Positions 10,109-18,057 of a DNA stretch of 32,000 bases are shown in pieces (within the stretch, counting starts at the first letter, position 1; every line of letters begins with the position of its first letter). The stretch comes from Vibrio penaeicida (lineage in GTDB: Bacteria; Pseudomonadota; Gammaproteobacteria; Enterobacterales; Vibrionaceae). The stretch lies in assembly GCF_002933855.1 (NCBI RefSeq), contig NZ_BFAQ01000011.1, positions 29,442 through 61,441 on the forward strand. Direction: 5' to 3'. Under the pieces are notes generated by a model. It had not been told where the DNA came from. It ran no database searches and was given only the letters and a program-made list of their open reading frames with translations. The position numbers and the translations under genes are program-made.

Positions 10109-13100
10109 TTACTTCTTTATAGGGGTTCCGCGCGAAATCATTTCACACAGGTAGCTTCCATCGCTATCAAGCGGTTTTTCAACTAGCCAGCGAATCGGTG
10201 AAATAACTGGGCTGGTAGTGAATCGCACGGACGTTTCTAAGATCGCAGAAAACGGCACACTTAAGTCAAAGTCTTCAAAATTACCGGAAACTTCAATCGG
10301 TGTTTGAAGGCTAAATATCTGGGCTGATTTGGGTCTTGGCGCGAGATAAAGATCGAACGTTCTATCCGAGTAAGAAGCTGAAAAGTTACCATTTACTTGA
10401 ATACGCGTTGTGTCCAGTAACAAGTCCCGCTGCTGCAAATCACCATTTGTGATATCAAAGCCGCCTGCCACGCAATTTAGAACCGATTCCTGTTCCTTGG
10501 TAAAGCTAGGCAATATTGCATCGGTTAAATTGACGGCCCAAAGGTCGATTAAGTCCGCTTCAAACTCCTGTGGCCAAATAGAAAAACCAATAAACCCGTT
10601 AGCGTTATTCATGAGATTATCAGGAGTGTTGGCCAAACTGGTTAAATTAAAGTAAGTACTGAGATTTCCACCCATATCTGTCTTAGTATCGATACGTCTA
10701 GCGATAATACCGTAGTCAAAATGATGTACTTGCCCTTGAATAGCGATATCGAATTGGTCTTGTCGAGCTTCAATTTGCCCAGCCAAAGAAAAGGAGCCGC
10801 CAGGAATACTGATTTTTAATGGAGAGACACGTAATTTTCCATCCAATAGTGATAGCTTCGCGGATGTTGCGCCTAACCAATCATCACCTGAACGAACATT
10901 ACTTACCTCTATATCCATTTCTACGTTTGCCCATGATAAGCCTTCAGGGCTAACGACAAGTGGTTGTGTTGTGCTTTCTTCTACAGTTGGCTTGCGACTA
11001 GAGGTTTCTCGGTTAGCAGAATTCGGTATCCAAGCTTTCCAGTTGCCCACTTTAAAGTCGTCCATTTGAATCTGCGATGATGACAGGCTTAATACAATGT
11101 CAGGACGCGAATATTTCCCGAGTGGGCGGAATTGCCCAGTACCAATAAGCTCACTCTTACCGATATTGAGGACAAGTTGCTGTAATTGATATTGAACGTC
11201 ATCTAGCGATAACTTGGCCGATAAATCAATTGGACCATAAGGCGGAAGCTTGACCCCTGTGAACTCGTTAAGCCTATTTAAATTAGGAATAGCCGCGTTT
11301 AATTGGAGTTCCAATTGAGTGAAGTCCAGTGGTAGGGCAATGTCCGTTGAGGCTTCAATTTTTATATCACCAAGGGTAAAAAAGACATTAGCAGGTAAGC
11401 TTTCTGAAAGCCTATTGGCTTCTTTCAGAGAAACCGATTGGATGCTCAGTGTTGTTTTTTTATCCTGTACGGAGCCCGTCAGTAGCAGCTCGGTGTTGAG
11501 CTCCGGTCCGGTATGAAAATGCCCTTCCGAGATGTGAATGTCCATCGATTTTCCGGTATAGATATCCGGAACCTTGAGATACCCACCTTCAAGTAAAGCT
11601 TGTACTTGAGTCATCTCCATGAATTCAAGTAACGTTTTTCCTGAAAGTGATAAGCTTACTCGGGCACTATCTAATGCCATTTCCATGTCATCGGCGATGC
11701 CAAAGCTTTTAGCGATAGCAGCAATATTCGGTGAGTCAGCTTTAAGGTTAAGCGTTGAGGATATTTGAGCAGCGTTGATGCTAACAGCAAGATCGCCTGT
11801 CATTAGGTTGTCGGCGAGGCGCATTGAAAACGGCGCAGGTTTCATTATGCCGTTTCGAAGCTTACCCGAGAAGGTGATGTGTTTGAGGCTTTGATTTGAC
11901 CATCGCATATCACCGACATTTAGGTTGATATCCGCATCCACAATAGTAATGTCGTTACTCAAGATAGGAACGGAAAGGTTGACCCCTTGAGTTGGTATGG
12001 CTTGTTCTACTTCTGGTAACGTTTCTTCTTGTGCTAACAAGGCGAGTTGATTGAAATCCAATATAGAAAAATCAGCATCGATATCCACAAATGAGCGTTT
12101 AGGATCGTTTAACCATTTGAGTGCTAATGTCCCTTTGCTGTCCATAACACGAAGGTTTTGAGTGGAAAGTGTCAGCCACTCATTTTGATGTTCTAAGGTC
12201 GCATTGAGCTTTAGAGGTCCGCTAGCCCCTGACTGCGTACCTAACCAAGGTGAAAGTTTTGCGATATTCGGGCTCGATATGTCCAGCTTAAATTGGCTGC
12301 CAACTTGCCAGCGTGTTTCAGGGAGAGAGCCAAACGCGTGAATATTCAGTATTGGGCTGTCTAGTGTGATGGTCGTTTCCCAATCTCGCTTGTTGATGAT
12401 GTCTGACAGTGCCCCCGCTTTAGCTGTGATGGTAGCAGGCACACCTTGGAGGTTACCGCGAATATCGACATCGACTGGCTGGTTCATTCCTGCTTTAAAT
12501 CGCGCTTTCTCAATGGCATAGTTTGCACCTTCTGTCCAAGATATAGCGGCATTATCCAATGCAAAAGCGAGGCGACTGTTGTCTATCCATTCCTTAAGTT
12601 TGGTGCCTTCAGTTTGGACACTCAGTAACGCACTTTCAAGGTGACCATCTGCTTCTTCGATACCCGCCAGCCAATGAGCGAGTTCACCGAGTGGAGAGTC
12701 TTGGGCACCAAGCTCTATATTTAAAGTTGAAGACCATTCGGTTGCGTCAATTGATGCCTTCCCTCGGAAAGGAACTTGAGCGATATCGGCAGAAATGGGC
12801 GCGTTCAATGTTCCTTTCTCGCTTACGACGGCAAGAGATAGGTTTTTTATTTCTGTTCCAAGCCCTAATATTTCTCCTATAGAGACAGAAAGGTTGGTTT
12901 GGGTAGAGACCAGCCATTGATCAAGAGCTTGCTGCAGCGGGGACTTTTGCGGTGGTGCAGACGCATACCCCATCATTTGCTGTTCTGGCTCTGGTTGTAG
13001 CCAAGGCTTAAGATCGATCACAGGAATCGTGAGTTTGCCATCAATGGTGTTGACGTCACCAAGTGCAATGTCCAGATACCCTTCTGCTTGTGTGATAGGG

Positions 13101-14101
13101 CTATCCACGTTAAGCGACTTAATGTGCAGTGCGCCCTGTTTTGCCGATATGTCAGCGGAGATACTAAGTGGAGCTATATGATAGACATCGAGCCCCAGTA
13201 AGGCTTCAATAGGCTGTGTGTCGAGCCAGTCTAATTGGATGTTTGCCGTTGAAAGCGCTTTCCCGTTTGGTTGAATATTGGAATTGAATTCCAGAGAAGC
13301 GCCTGCGAAATGACCTTTGACGTCAAGAGAGCCTGTTTGGGCATTGAGGAGCTTTTCTATTTCTCCCGTGACACTCAGGTTGTATTCTTGACCTAATGCT
13401 GCCCCTTTGGTGTTGAGATGCCAAATTTTATCATCTTTGGTTAAATCAAATTCATCCAGAAACCAATCCACATAAGTTTGGGTATTCTGATCTTCGTAAA
13501 TCACACTTAAGCTTTTGGCTACGGCTTTCTCACCGAGTTTGACCGTCCAATGCGCTAGCTTGCTGTCTGAATTTAAGGGGCTATCTGAATTTAAACTGCT
13601 CTCTGAATTGTCGCTGCTTTCTGGTGCCACTCTGGTTACTTGGGGAGCAACAGATTCCGCCTGCTTTCCAATTGCCCAGTTTTCATTGCCATCCATATCT
13701 TTTGCTAGATAGAGATGGATCCCTTCCAAATCAATGTAATCAATGAATAGTGTGTTTTCGAATAAGGGGAATATCGCCACTTTTGCCGAAGCGTGCCCCA
13801 CACGCAGCAGCGGTTGCCACTCTATTGAAGGAATATTCGCGACTTCAATATTATTAATTTCCAACTCAGGCCTAAACGATACATGAAATCGGATATCGCC
13901 ATCAATTTTGACAGGTCGATTGATCTGGTTTTCGAGAATGCTGGATATTTTTGGCTTATGCGCCGTTAGGTTTATGTTGAACCCTACGGTAAGCGCGATA
14001 GCCAGTATTGCAATGAATGAAAGAAGGGTTATACCCAAATATTTCAAGGTTTGAAGCAGAACAAATGGCATTTTAGTTTTGGTGGCTGTTGGCGTATTCA
14101 T
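10109..14101 (-). CDS. AsmA-family giant envelope protein (AsmA/TamB/YhdP-like)
   Basis: 1330 aa. It has an N-terminal TM (YLGITLLSFIAILAIALTVGF), then the typical AsmA N-domain pattern (HKPKISSILENQINRPVKIDGDIRF...LEINNIEVAN...IDYIDLEGIHLYL..DGNENW). A long beta-rich body follows, and the C-terminus is AsmA_2-like (LSLLDGKLRVSPLKISIPGGSFSLAGQIE). The true start could be M11. Confidence 0.8.
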   Translation of the reverse strand: MNTPTATKTKMPFVLLQTLKYLGITLLSFIAILAIALTVGFNINLTAHKPKISSILENQINRPVKIDGDIRFHVSFRPELEINNIEVANIPSIEWQPLLRVGHASAKVAIFPLFENTLFIDYIDLEGIHLYLAKDMDGNENWAIGKQAESVAPQVTRVAPESSDNSESSLNSDSPLNSDSKLAHWTVKLGEKAVAKSLSVIYEDQNTQTYVDWFLDEFDLTKDDKIWHLNTKGAALGQEYNLSVTGEIEKLLNAQTGSLDVKGHFAGASLEFNSNIQPNGKALSTANIQLDWLDTQPIEALLGLDVYHIAPLSISADISAKQGALHIKSLNVDSPITQAEGYLDIALGDVNTIDGKLTIPVIDLKPWLQPEPEQQMMGYASAPPQKSPLQQALDQWLVSTQTNLSVSIGEILGLGTEIKNLSLAVVSEKGTLNAPISADIAQVPFRGKASIDATEWSSTLNIELGAQDSPLGELAHWLAGIEEADGHLESALLSVQTEGTKLKEWIDNSRLAFALDNAAISWTEGANYAIEKARFKAGMNQPVDVDIRGNLQGVPATITAKAGALSDIINKRDWETTITLDSPILNIHAFGSLPETRWQVGSQFKLDISSPNIAKLSPWLGTQSGASGPLKLNATLEHQNEWLTLSTQNLRVMDSKGTLALKWLNDPKRSFVDIDADFSILDFNQLALLAQEETLPEVEQAIPTQGVNLSVPILSNDITIVDADINLNVGDMRWSNQSLKHITFSGKLRNGIMKPAPFSMRLADNLMTGDLAVSINAAQISSTLNLKADSPNIAAIAKSFGIADDMEMALDSARVSLSLSGKTLLEFMEMTQVQALLEGGYLKVPDIYTGKSMDIHISEGHFHTGPELNTELLLTGSVQDKKTTLSIQSVSLKEANRLSESLPANVFFTLGDIKIEASTDIALPLDFTQLELQLNAAIPNLNRLNEFTGVKLPPYGPIDLSAKLSLDDVQYQLQQLVLNIGKSELIGTGQFRPLGKYSRPDIVLSLSSSQIQMDDFKVGNWKAWIPNSANRETSSRKPTVEESTTQPLVVSPEGLSWANVEMDIEVSNVRSGDDWLGATSAKLSLLDGKLRVSPLKISIPGGSFSLAGQIEARQDQFDIAIQGQVHHFDYGIIARRIDTKTDMGGNLSTYFNLTSLANTPDNLMNNANGFIGFSIWPQEFEADLIDLWAVNLTDAILPSFTKEQESVLNCVAGGFDITNGDLQQRDLLLDTTRIQVNGNFSASYSDRTFDLYLAPRPKSAQIFSLQTPIEVSGNFEDFDLSVPFSAILETSVRFTTSPVISPIRWLVEKPLDSDGSYLCEMISRGTPIKK

Positions 14102-14205
14102 AGCACGTTATACGGTGTGTCTGATGTCATATTAGGCGCAAAGGACAATAGCACAGACCCAAGCAAAAATATAAAGTTATGATCGCGATAATGAGAGTAC
14201 CGCAC

Positions 14206-14850
14206 CTAGTGCCGAGTACTTCGTTTTATGTAGATGCTTACGCGACGATTGGCTTTTCTTTGAGCTGCGAGTTCCACTGTATCTGATATTGTTGGGTAGG
14301 TATCTGCGTACGCGACAGCACTCAGTTTTGTCTTGTCGATAGACAAGGAAATCAGCTGTTTTGTTACGCCTATTGCTCTTGCACCGGAAAGCTCCCAGTT
14401 GCTATCGAAATGGTCGTTATGAATAGGTAAGTCATCTGTATGACCTTCGACGACAATTTCCTTTCCCTCCAAACTTGTACGTTCTATAGACGACGCAAAA
14501 ATTGTCAACAGCCGAACGCCTTCATTGCTTAACTTTGCGGAACCTTCTTCGTAAAGTGCTTCTGTGTCGAAATCCACTTTAATTCCATCAGGCATTTTCG
14601 TTAAGGAGATAGGCTCATGCTCAGTCGATTGCTTTAGGGCTTGAATGAGCAGGGTCATTGGCATCTCGGCTTTTCGATCCGATAGCGCGTTCCAACTGGC
14701 TTTCAGCTCTTCAAACTTTCCTTGGTCGATTTGAGAAGTGGCGAGAATAACGATGAAGAAAGTCATCAAAAGTGTAATGAAATCACTGTACGTTACTAGC
14801 CAGTCATTTTCTTCTCGGACATCGGCACCACTCTGTCTTCTGCGCGGCAT
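14206..14850 (-). CDS. MotB/PomB-type stator subunit with OmpA-like peptidoglycan-binding C-terminus
   Basis: 214 aa. The basic N-terminus is followed by WLVTYSDFITLLMTFFIVIL, a single TM with the conserved channel Asp (D23; compare E. coli MotB YADFMTAMM). The C-terminus is OmpA-like (VEGHTDD.P......SNWELSGARA...RRVSIYI). The start is 2 nt after the motA-like stop. Confidence 0.85.
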   Translation of the reverse strand: MPRRRQSGADVREENDWLVTYSDFITLLMTFFIVILATSQIDQGKFEELKASWNALSDRKAEMPMTLLIQALKQSTEHEPISLTKMPDGIKVDFDTEALYEEGSAKLSNEGVRLLTIFASSIERTSLEGKEIVVEGHTDDLPIHNDHFDSNWELSGARAIGVTKQLISLSIDKTKLSAVAYADTYPTISDTVELAAQRKANRRVSIYIKRSTRH

Positions 14851-14852
14851 AA

Positions 14853-15632
14853 TTAGGACTCCAGCCTTTTCTTGGGAGAGAGATAGCTGTTCATCGAGTC
14901 TTTGATGTGCATATCAGGTTGCTTTTCCGTCATCATCACAAAGGCTTGGATCTGCATATCTCGATGGCGAAAATTGTCGTCAGATTTACGCCTAACATTG
15001 ATCGCAGAAGGCTTGAACAAAGCCTGAGCAAGTAGAGTGCCGTATAACGTTGTAAGTAGGGCAATCGCCAGCCCTTTCCCCATGGTAGCCATGTCACCAT
15101 CTAAGCTATCCAGCATAACAATCAACCCAACCAGTGTGCCTATCATGCCAAATGCAGGAGAGAAATTTGCCATAGTACTCAACACATTGGCGGGTTGTGC
15201 TTCTTGCACTCGCTGGCTTTCGTTACTTTCATCAAGCAAATTACGAAGTGCCTTCCCTTTGTAGCCTGTGCCCAGTAACTCTATGGCCATTGCAATGAAA
15301 GGGTCTTTTAACTCTTTATTTGTTAAGGTTTTTTCCAAGCCAGTAATTCCTTCGGTGCGATACACCTTGTTCCATTCTAATGAGCGAATGATAGAAGAGT
15401 GCTTCAGTTTGGTTTCATTCCTACCATCAAATAAGCTTGCAATAACCGCTTGAATGGCTTTAAAGAAAAGAGGGTAAGAGTAGCTAATTAGGGCTGCAGT
15501 TGACGTTCCTCCTGCAACAATCAGAAAGCTGGATAAGCTAACAAATAGCCAATAATTATCGGTGCTTGAAACCACAGCGGTAGTCAAGACAGCGGCAGAA
15601 AACAGCCATCCCGTAATGGTACTCAAAGACAT
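14853..15632 (-). CDS. MotA/PomA-type ion-channel stator subunit (MotA_ExbB family)
   Basis: 259 aa with four predicted TMs in a 2 + long cytoplasmic loop + 2 layout, which is flagellar-stator topology rather than the 3-TM TolQ/ExbB layout. TM3 has FSPAFGMIGTLVGLIVML and TM4 has GLAIALLTTLYGTLLAQALFKP. The start overlaps the upstream stop by 1 nt (TAATG). Confidence 0.85.
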   Translation of the reverse strand: MSLSTITGWLFSAAVLTTAVVSSTDNYWLFVSLSSFLIVAGGTSTAALISYSYPLFFKAIQAVIASLFDGRNETKLKHSSIIRSLEWNKVYRTEGITGLEKTLTNKELKDPFIAMAIELLGTGYKGKALRNLLDESNESQRVQEAQPANVLSTMANFSPAFGMIGTLVGLIVMLDSLDGDMATMGKGLAIALLTTLYGTLLAQALFKPSAINVRRKSDDNFRHRDMQIQAFVMMTEKQPDMHIKDSMNSYLSPKKRLES

Positions 15633-17482
15633 TAGGCTAGTTCCTCCAGCTCACTCATTTTAAACTTATTTTCTTCTAACGCTTGACGCATGACCCTAAC
15701 AATATCTTGCTTGGCAGCGTTTCTATCGTTTTCGTTGACGTCCGTTGCCATCTCTAATTCACTGATTACCATATTGACGTAGCGGTTTGGACAGCCTGAA
15801 ATCAGCGCTTTTACGCGTTCCACTGGCATATCTGAAAAGGCGTTAGCAAGTGTTTGAGCATCAAGATTTCGGATATGATTGCTAATGATTTGTGTCGGTG
15901 TTCGCCAAATGTCATCAAAGCTATAAAAACGTTGTTTTAGCTGCACATAAGCACCCGGAGACGTTTCTTTTAACTGGGTTAATAGGTCGTTTTGTTTGGT
16001 GATACTTAACCCATCGAGGATTTGAGTCAAAACGAAAGGACCATCAGTAGGTAGCGTTCTAAAGTCTGGAACGGTTTGAGCTTTCGTCGCCAACGAAGAA
16101 GCAACATCATTAAAGGTTGCCATAGGAAGAGTGTCTAACCGAGCAATTTCCATCGCCAATTCAGCCTGACGTTCCATTGGGTATAGAGAAAGCAGCGCTG
16201 CAGAATTCTCTGAAGAAAGTTGGCTAATCACCATAGCCTGTATACGCTCAGGCTCGTGCTCCAACAGCCAGCGGATTTGGTTGATGGACAGGGTCTCAAG
16301 AAAATCAAATGGTTGTGACTTTCGGGTTGAGTGTGCGTGAGGGTTTGAGTCGACAAGGAGCTGCTTGAATGCAGAAACGTGCTTTACGACTTGCTCGCGA
16401 TCATTTGGGTTTTGCTCCAAATAGCTTACATAGCTAGGTATCTGAGAAGTCAGGCTAGGGTACATAGTGGTGAACATCGCTCTCCCAAGCTCTTGATATA
16501 CGCAAGCAAACATAGGCAGATTTTGTTCGTTTAGGCTGAGTTTTCTGATGGTCTGATCGACTTGATGAGGCTCGCCTAAGCTGAATTTGACTAATTCTTG
16601 GCGACACGCCTCGTGTTCATAATACTGATGGGAAACTAAGGGCTCGGCTTGCAATGAGGAAGCAGGCTGAACATCGTTTACAGTATCGTTGTTTGGTCCT
16701 GCAGAGCGTGCGCGAAGCAGCATGACGATAAGAGTAATTATCACCAAGCCAAGCGCAATGAGCGTTAGCCAAAAGTAATCTAGCCAAAATACTTTCTCCT
16801 GAATTTGAGTGCTGTCTTTGTTGGGAACCTCAAATACGGTGCGGATGATGTCCAGCGAATCGCCTCTAAGTGGGTTGTAATCCACTTTTTGAATCAGAAG
16901 TTTTTTTAGGAGCTGTACGTTTTCGCTGCTCACCTTTTCGTCCAGCAATAGTGTTACGGACAACTTGTTGATTTCAGTAGAGAGAGGTTTGGCTTCCCTT
17001 TGGTTTTTGCTGATGTTAGCCGTTGGGTTGGGTGCCGGCGTATTTTGCTGGGGGGGAGGCGCTGGCTGAGCCATGGTCTGAACTGGAATCTCAATGTTCT
17101 CTTTGGCGGGCATGCCGCTTAATCCAGGCAGTTTAGGGACGAATTCAGCTACTCTTCGAACAGGTGCTGCAATGGTTGTCGTTCTTTGAGGGGCTCCAGT
17201 TTGATCGGCTTTAGTTTCGGGTGTTTTGGCTGCAGATGCATTAGCTACAGGTACGTTGATTCCCGAATTCTCCTTTTGTACGAACTCCGATTGAATGGTC
17301 AAGACATGCTTGTTGGGTCCTATGATACGTTCAATATCGTCATTTATGCGCGCTTCTAATCTCGCAGAGAATTCAAGCGCTTGGATCTCACTGGATGATT
17401 GCGCAAGGCTAAAGCTAGATATACAAAAAGGCAGAATAAAGGCAAGTTTAACTAATGGGTTCATCATTATTTTTCCAGCCAT
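15632..17482 (-). CDS. Bitopic membrane protein: FliF/YscJ-like periplasmic motif + TM + FliG-like middle and C-terminal domains
   Basis: 616 aa from the track start. The alternative starts M6 and M7 (17467/17464) form a TAATG overlap with the upstream stop and are plausible. Features are an N-terminal signal/anchor, periplasmic EIQALEFSARLEARINDDIERIIGPNKHVLTIQ and LSVTLLLDEK...NPLRGDSLDIIRTVF (FliF-like), and a Pro-rich spacer. A TM follows (FWLTLIALGLVIITLIVMLL). The cytoplasmic part has LLEHEPERIQAMVISQL...LSLYPMERQAELAMEIARLD (FliG-M EHPQ-like) and FYSFDDI...LANAFSDMPVERVKALISGCPNRYVNMVISELE...AAKQDIVRVMRQALEENKF (FliG-C-like). Confidence 0.7.
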   Translation of the reverse strand: MAGKIMMNPLVKLAFILPFCISSFSLAQSSSEIQALEFSARLEARINDDIERIIGPNKHVLTIQSEFVQKENSGINVPVANASAAKTPETKADQTGAPQRTTTIAAPVRRVAEFVPKLPGLSGMPAKENIEIPVQTMAQPAPPPQQNTPAPNPTANISKNQREAKPLSTEINKLSVTLLLDEKVSSENVQLLKKLLIQKVDYNPLRGDSLDIIRTVFEVPNKDSTQIQEKVFWLDYFWLTLIALGLVIITLIVMLLRARSAGPNNDTVNDVQPASSLQAEPLVSHQYYEHEACRQELVKFSLGEPHQVDQTIRKLSLNEQNLPMFACVYQELGRAMFTTMYPSLTSQIPSYVSYLEQNPNDREQVVKHVSAFKQLLVDSNPHAHSTRKSQPFDFLETLSINQIRWLLEHEPERIQAMVISQLSSENSAALLSLYPMERQAELAMEIARLDTLPMATFNDVASSLATKAQTVPDFRTLPTDGPFVLTQILDGLSITKQNDLLTQLKETSPGAYVQLKQRFYSFDDIWRTPTQIISNHIRNLDAQTLANAFSDMPVERVKALISGCPNRYVNMVISELEMATDVNENDRNAAKQDIVRVMRQALEENKFKMSELEELA

Positions 17483-18054
17483 TTCATCATTCGTTTTACT
17501 TCAGGGAGCTCAGGGTTGTGCTTCAACGCTTGTTGCCAAGCAATGATGGCATCTTCTACTTTGCCCAGTTTGTAAAGAACACTCCCCTTTGTCGCAAGAA
17601 TGTTTTCTGGCGTTTCTGTTAGTGGTTGAGCTTGTTCAAGTAGAGTCAGTGCGGCATTAAAATCGCCTTTCACTGCATTTTCTTGAGCTTCTAATTTGAG
17701 TGCGAGTGACCTCGCTTCATTGAATGGAGATACAGGTTCCTCCCCATTTTCTTCTTGAGAAGGTGCGGCATCTTCAGTTTGTGGGGCAGTTTCCTCAGGA
17801 AGAGGAAATGCTGACTCTTCCTGAGACACGGTTGTGTAAGTGGGCTCAGCACTGTCTGTCTCGATGGTTAACACCATATCCGGATCAGACAAATCAAATT
17901 GCACACCTGATTCATACTGGTTGCCCTGCATGTGTATGGTTATTTTTCCATCTTTCATTGCAACTCGTTGTCGAGTTTCTGATTGAGATGCTGATTCAGC
18001 CCAAGCTGGATTTGTCAGCAAAAATAGACAAGCACAAAGGATCGTATTCTTCAT
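17467..18054 (-). CDS. Secreted protein with acidic Pro/Glu linker and C-terminal TPR repeats
   Basis: 195 aa with signal peptide MKNTILCACLFLLTNPAWA/ES. A low-complexity acidic segment (PEETAPQTEDAAPSQEENGEEP) is followed by a TPR-like helical repeat (GDFNAALTLLEQA...GKVEDAIIAWQQALKHNPELPE). The start is 3 nt after the upstream stop. Confidence 0.7.
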   Translation of the reverse strand: MKNTILCACLFLLTNPAWAESASQSETRQRVAMKDGKITIHMQGNQYESGVQFDLSDPDMVLTIETDSAEPTYTTVSQEESAFPLPEETAPQTEDAAPSQEENGEEPVSPFNEARSLALKLEAQENAVKGDFNAALTLLEQAQPLTETPENILATKGSVLYKLGKVEDAIIAWQQALKHNPELPEVKRMMKWLEK

Positions 18055-18057
18055 GGA

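Noticed and set aside
14206-15632. The MotA/MotB-like pair as a Zorya-type (ZorAB) anti-phage defence system.
   Set aside because: ZorA proteins are much longer than MotA, with a long C-terminal tail, and they are accompanied by ZorC/ZorD or ZorE-type effectors. Here the MotA-like protein is 259 aa, and its neighbours are FliG-like, TPR, OMP-like and AsmA-like proteins. The RecQ-like helicase is 6 kb away, across dinB, in a different transcription unit.
14206-15632. The pair as TolQR or ExbBD.
   Set aside because: The channel protein shows the 4-TM layout (2 + loop + 2) of flagellar stators rather than the 3-TM TolQ/ExbB layout. The partner has a full OmpA-like PG-binding domain (MotB-like, unlike TolR/ExbD). 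No TolA/TonB-like gene is adjacent.
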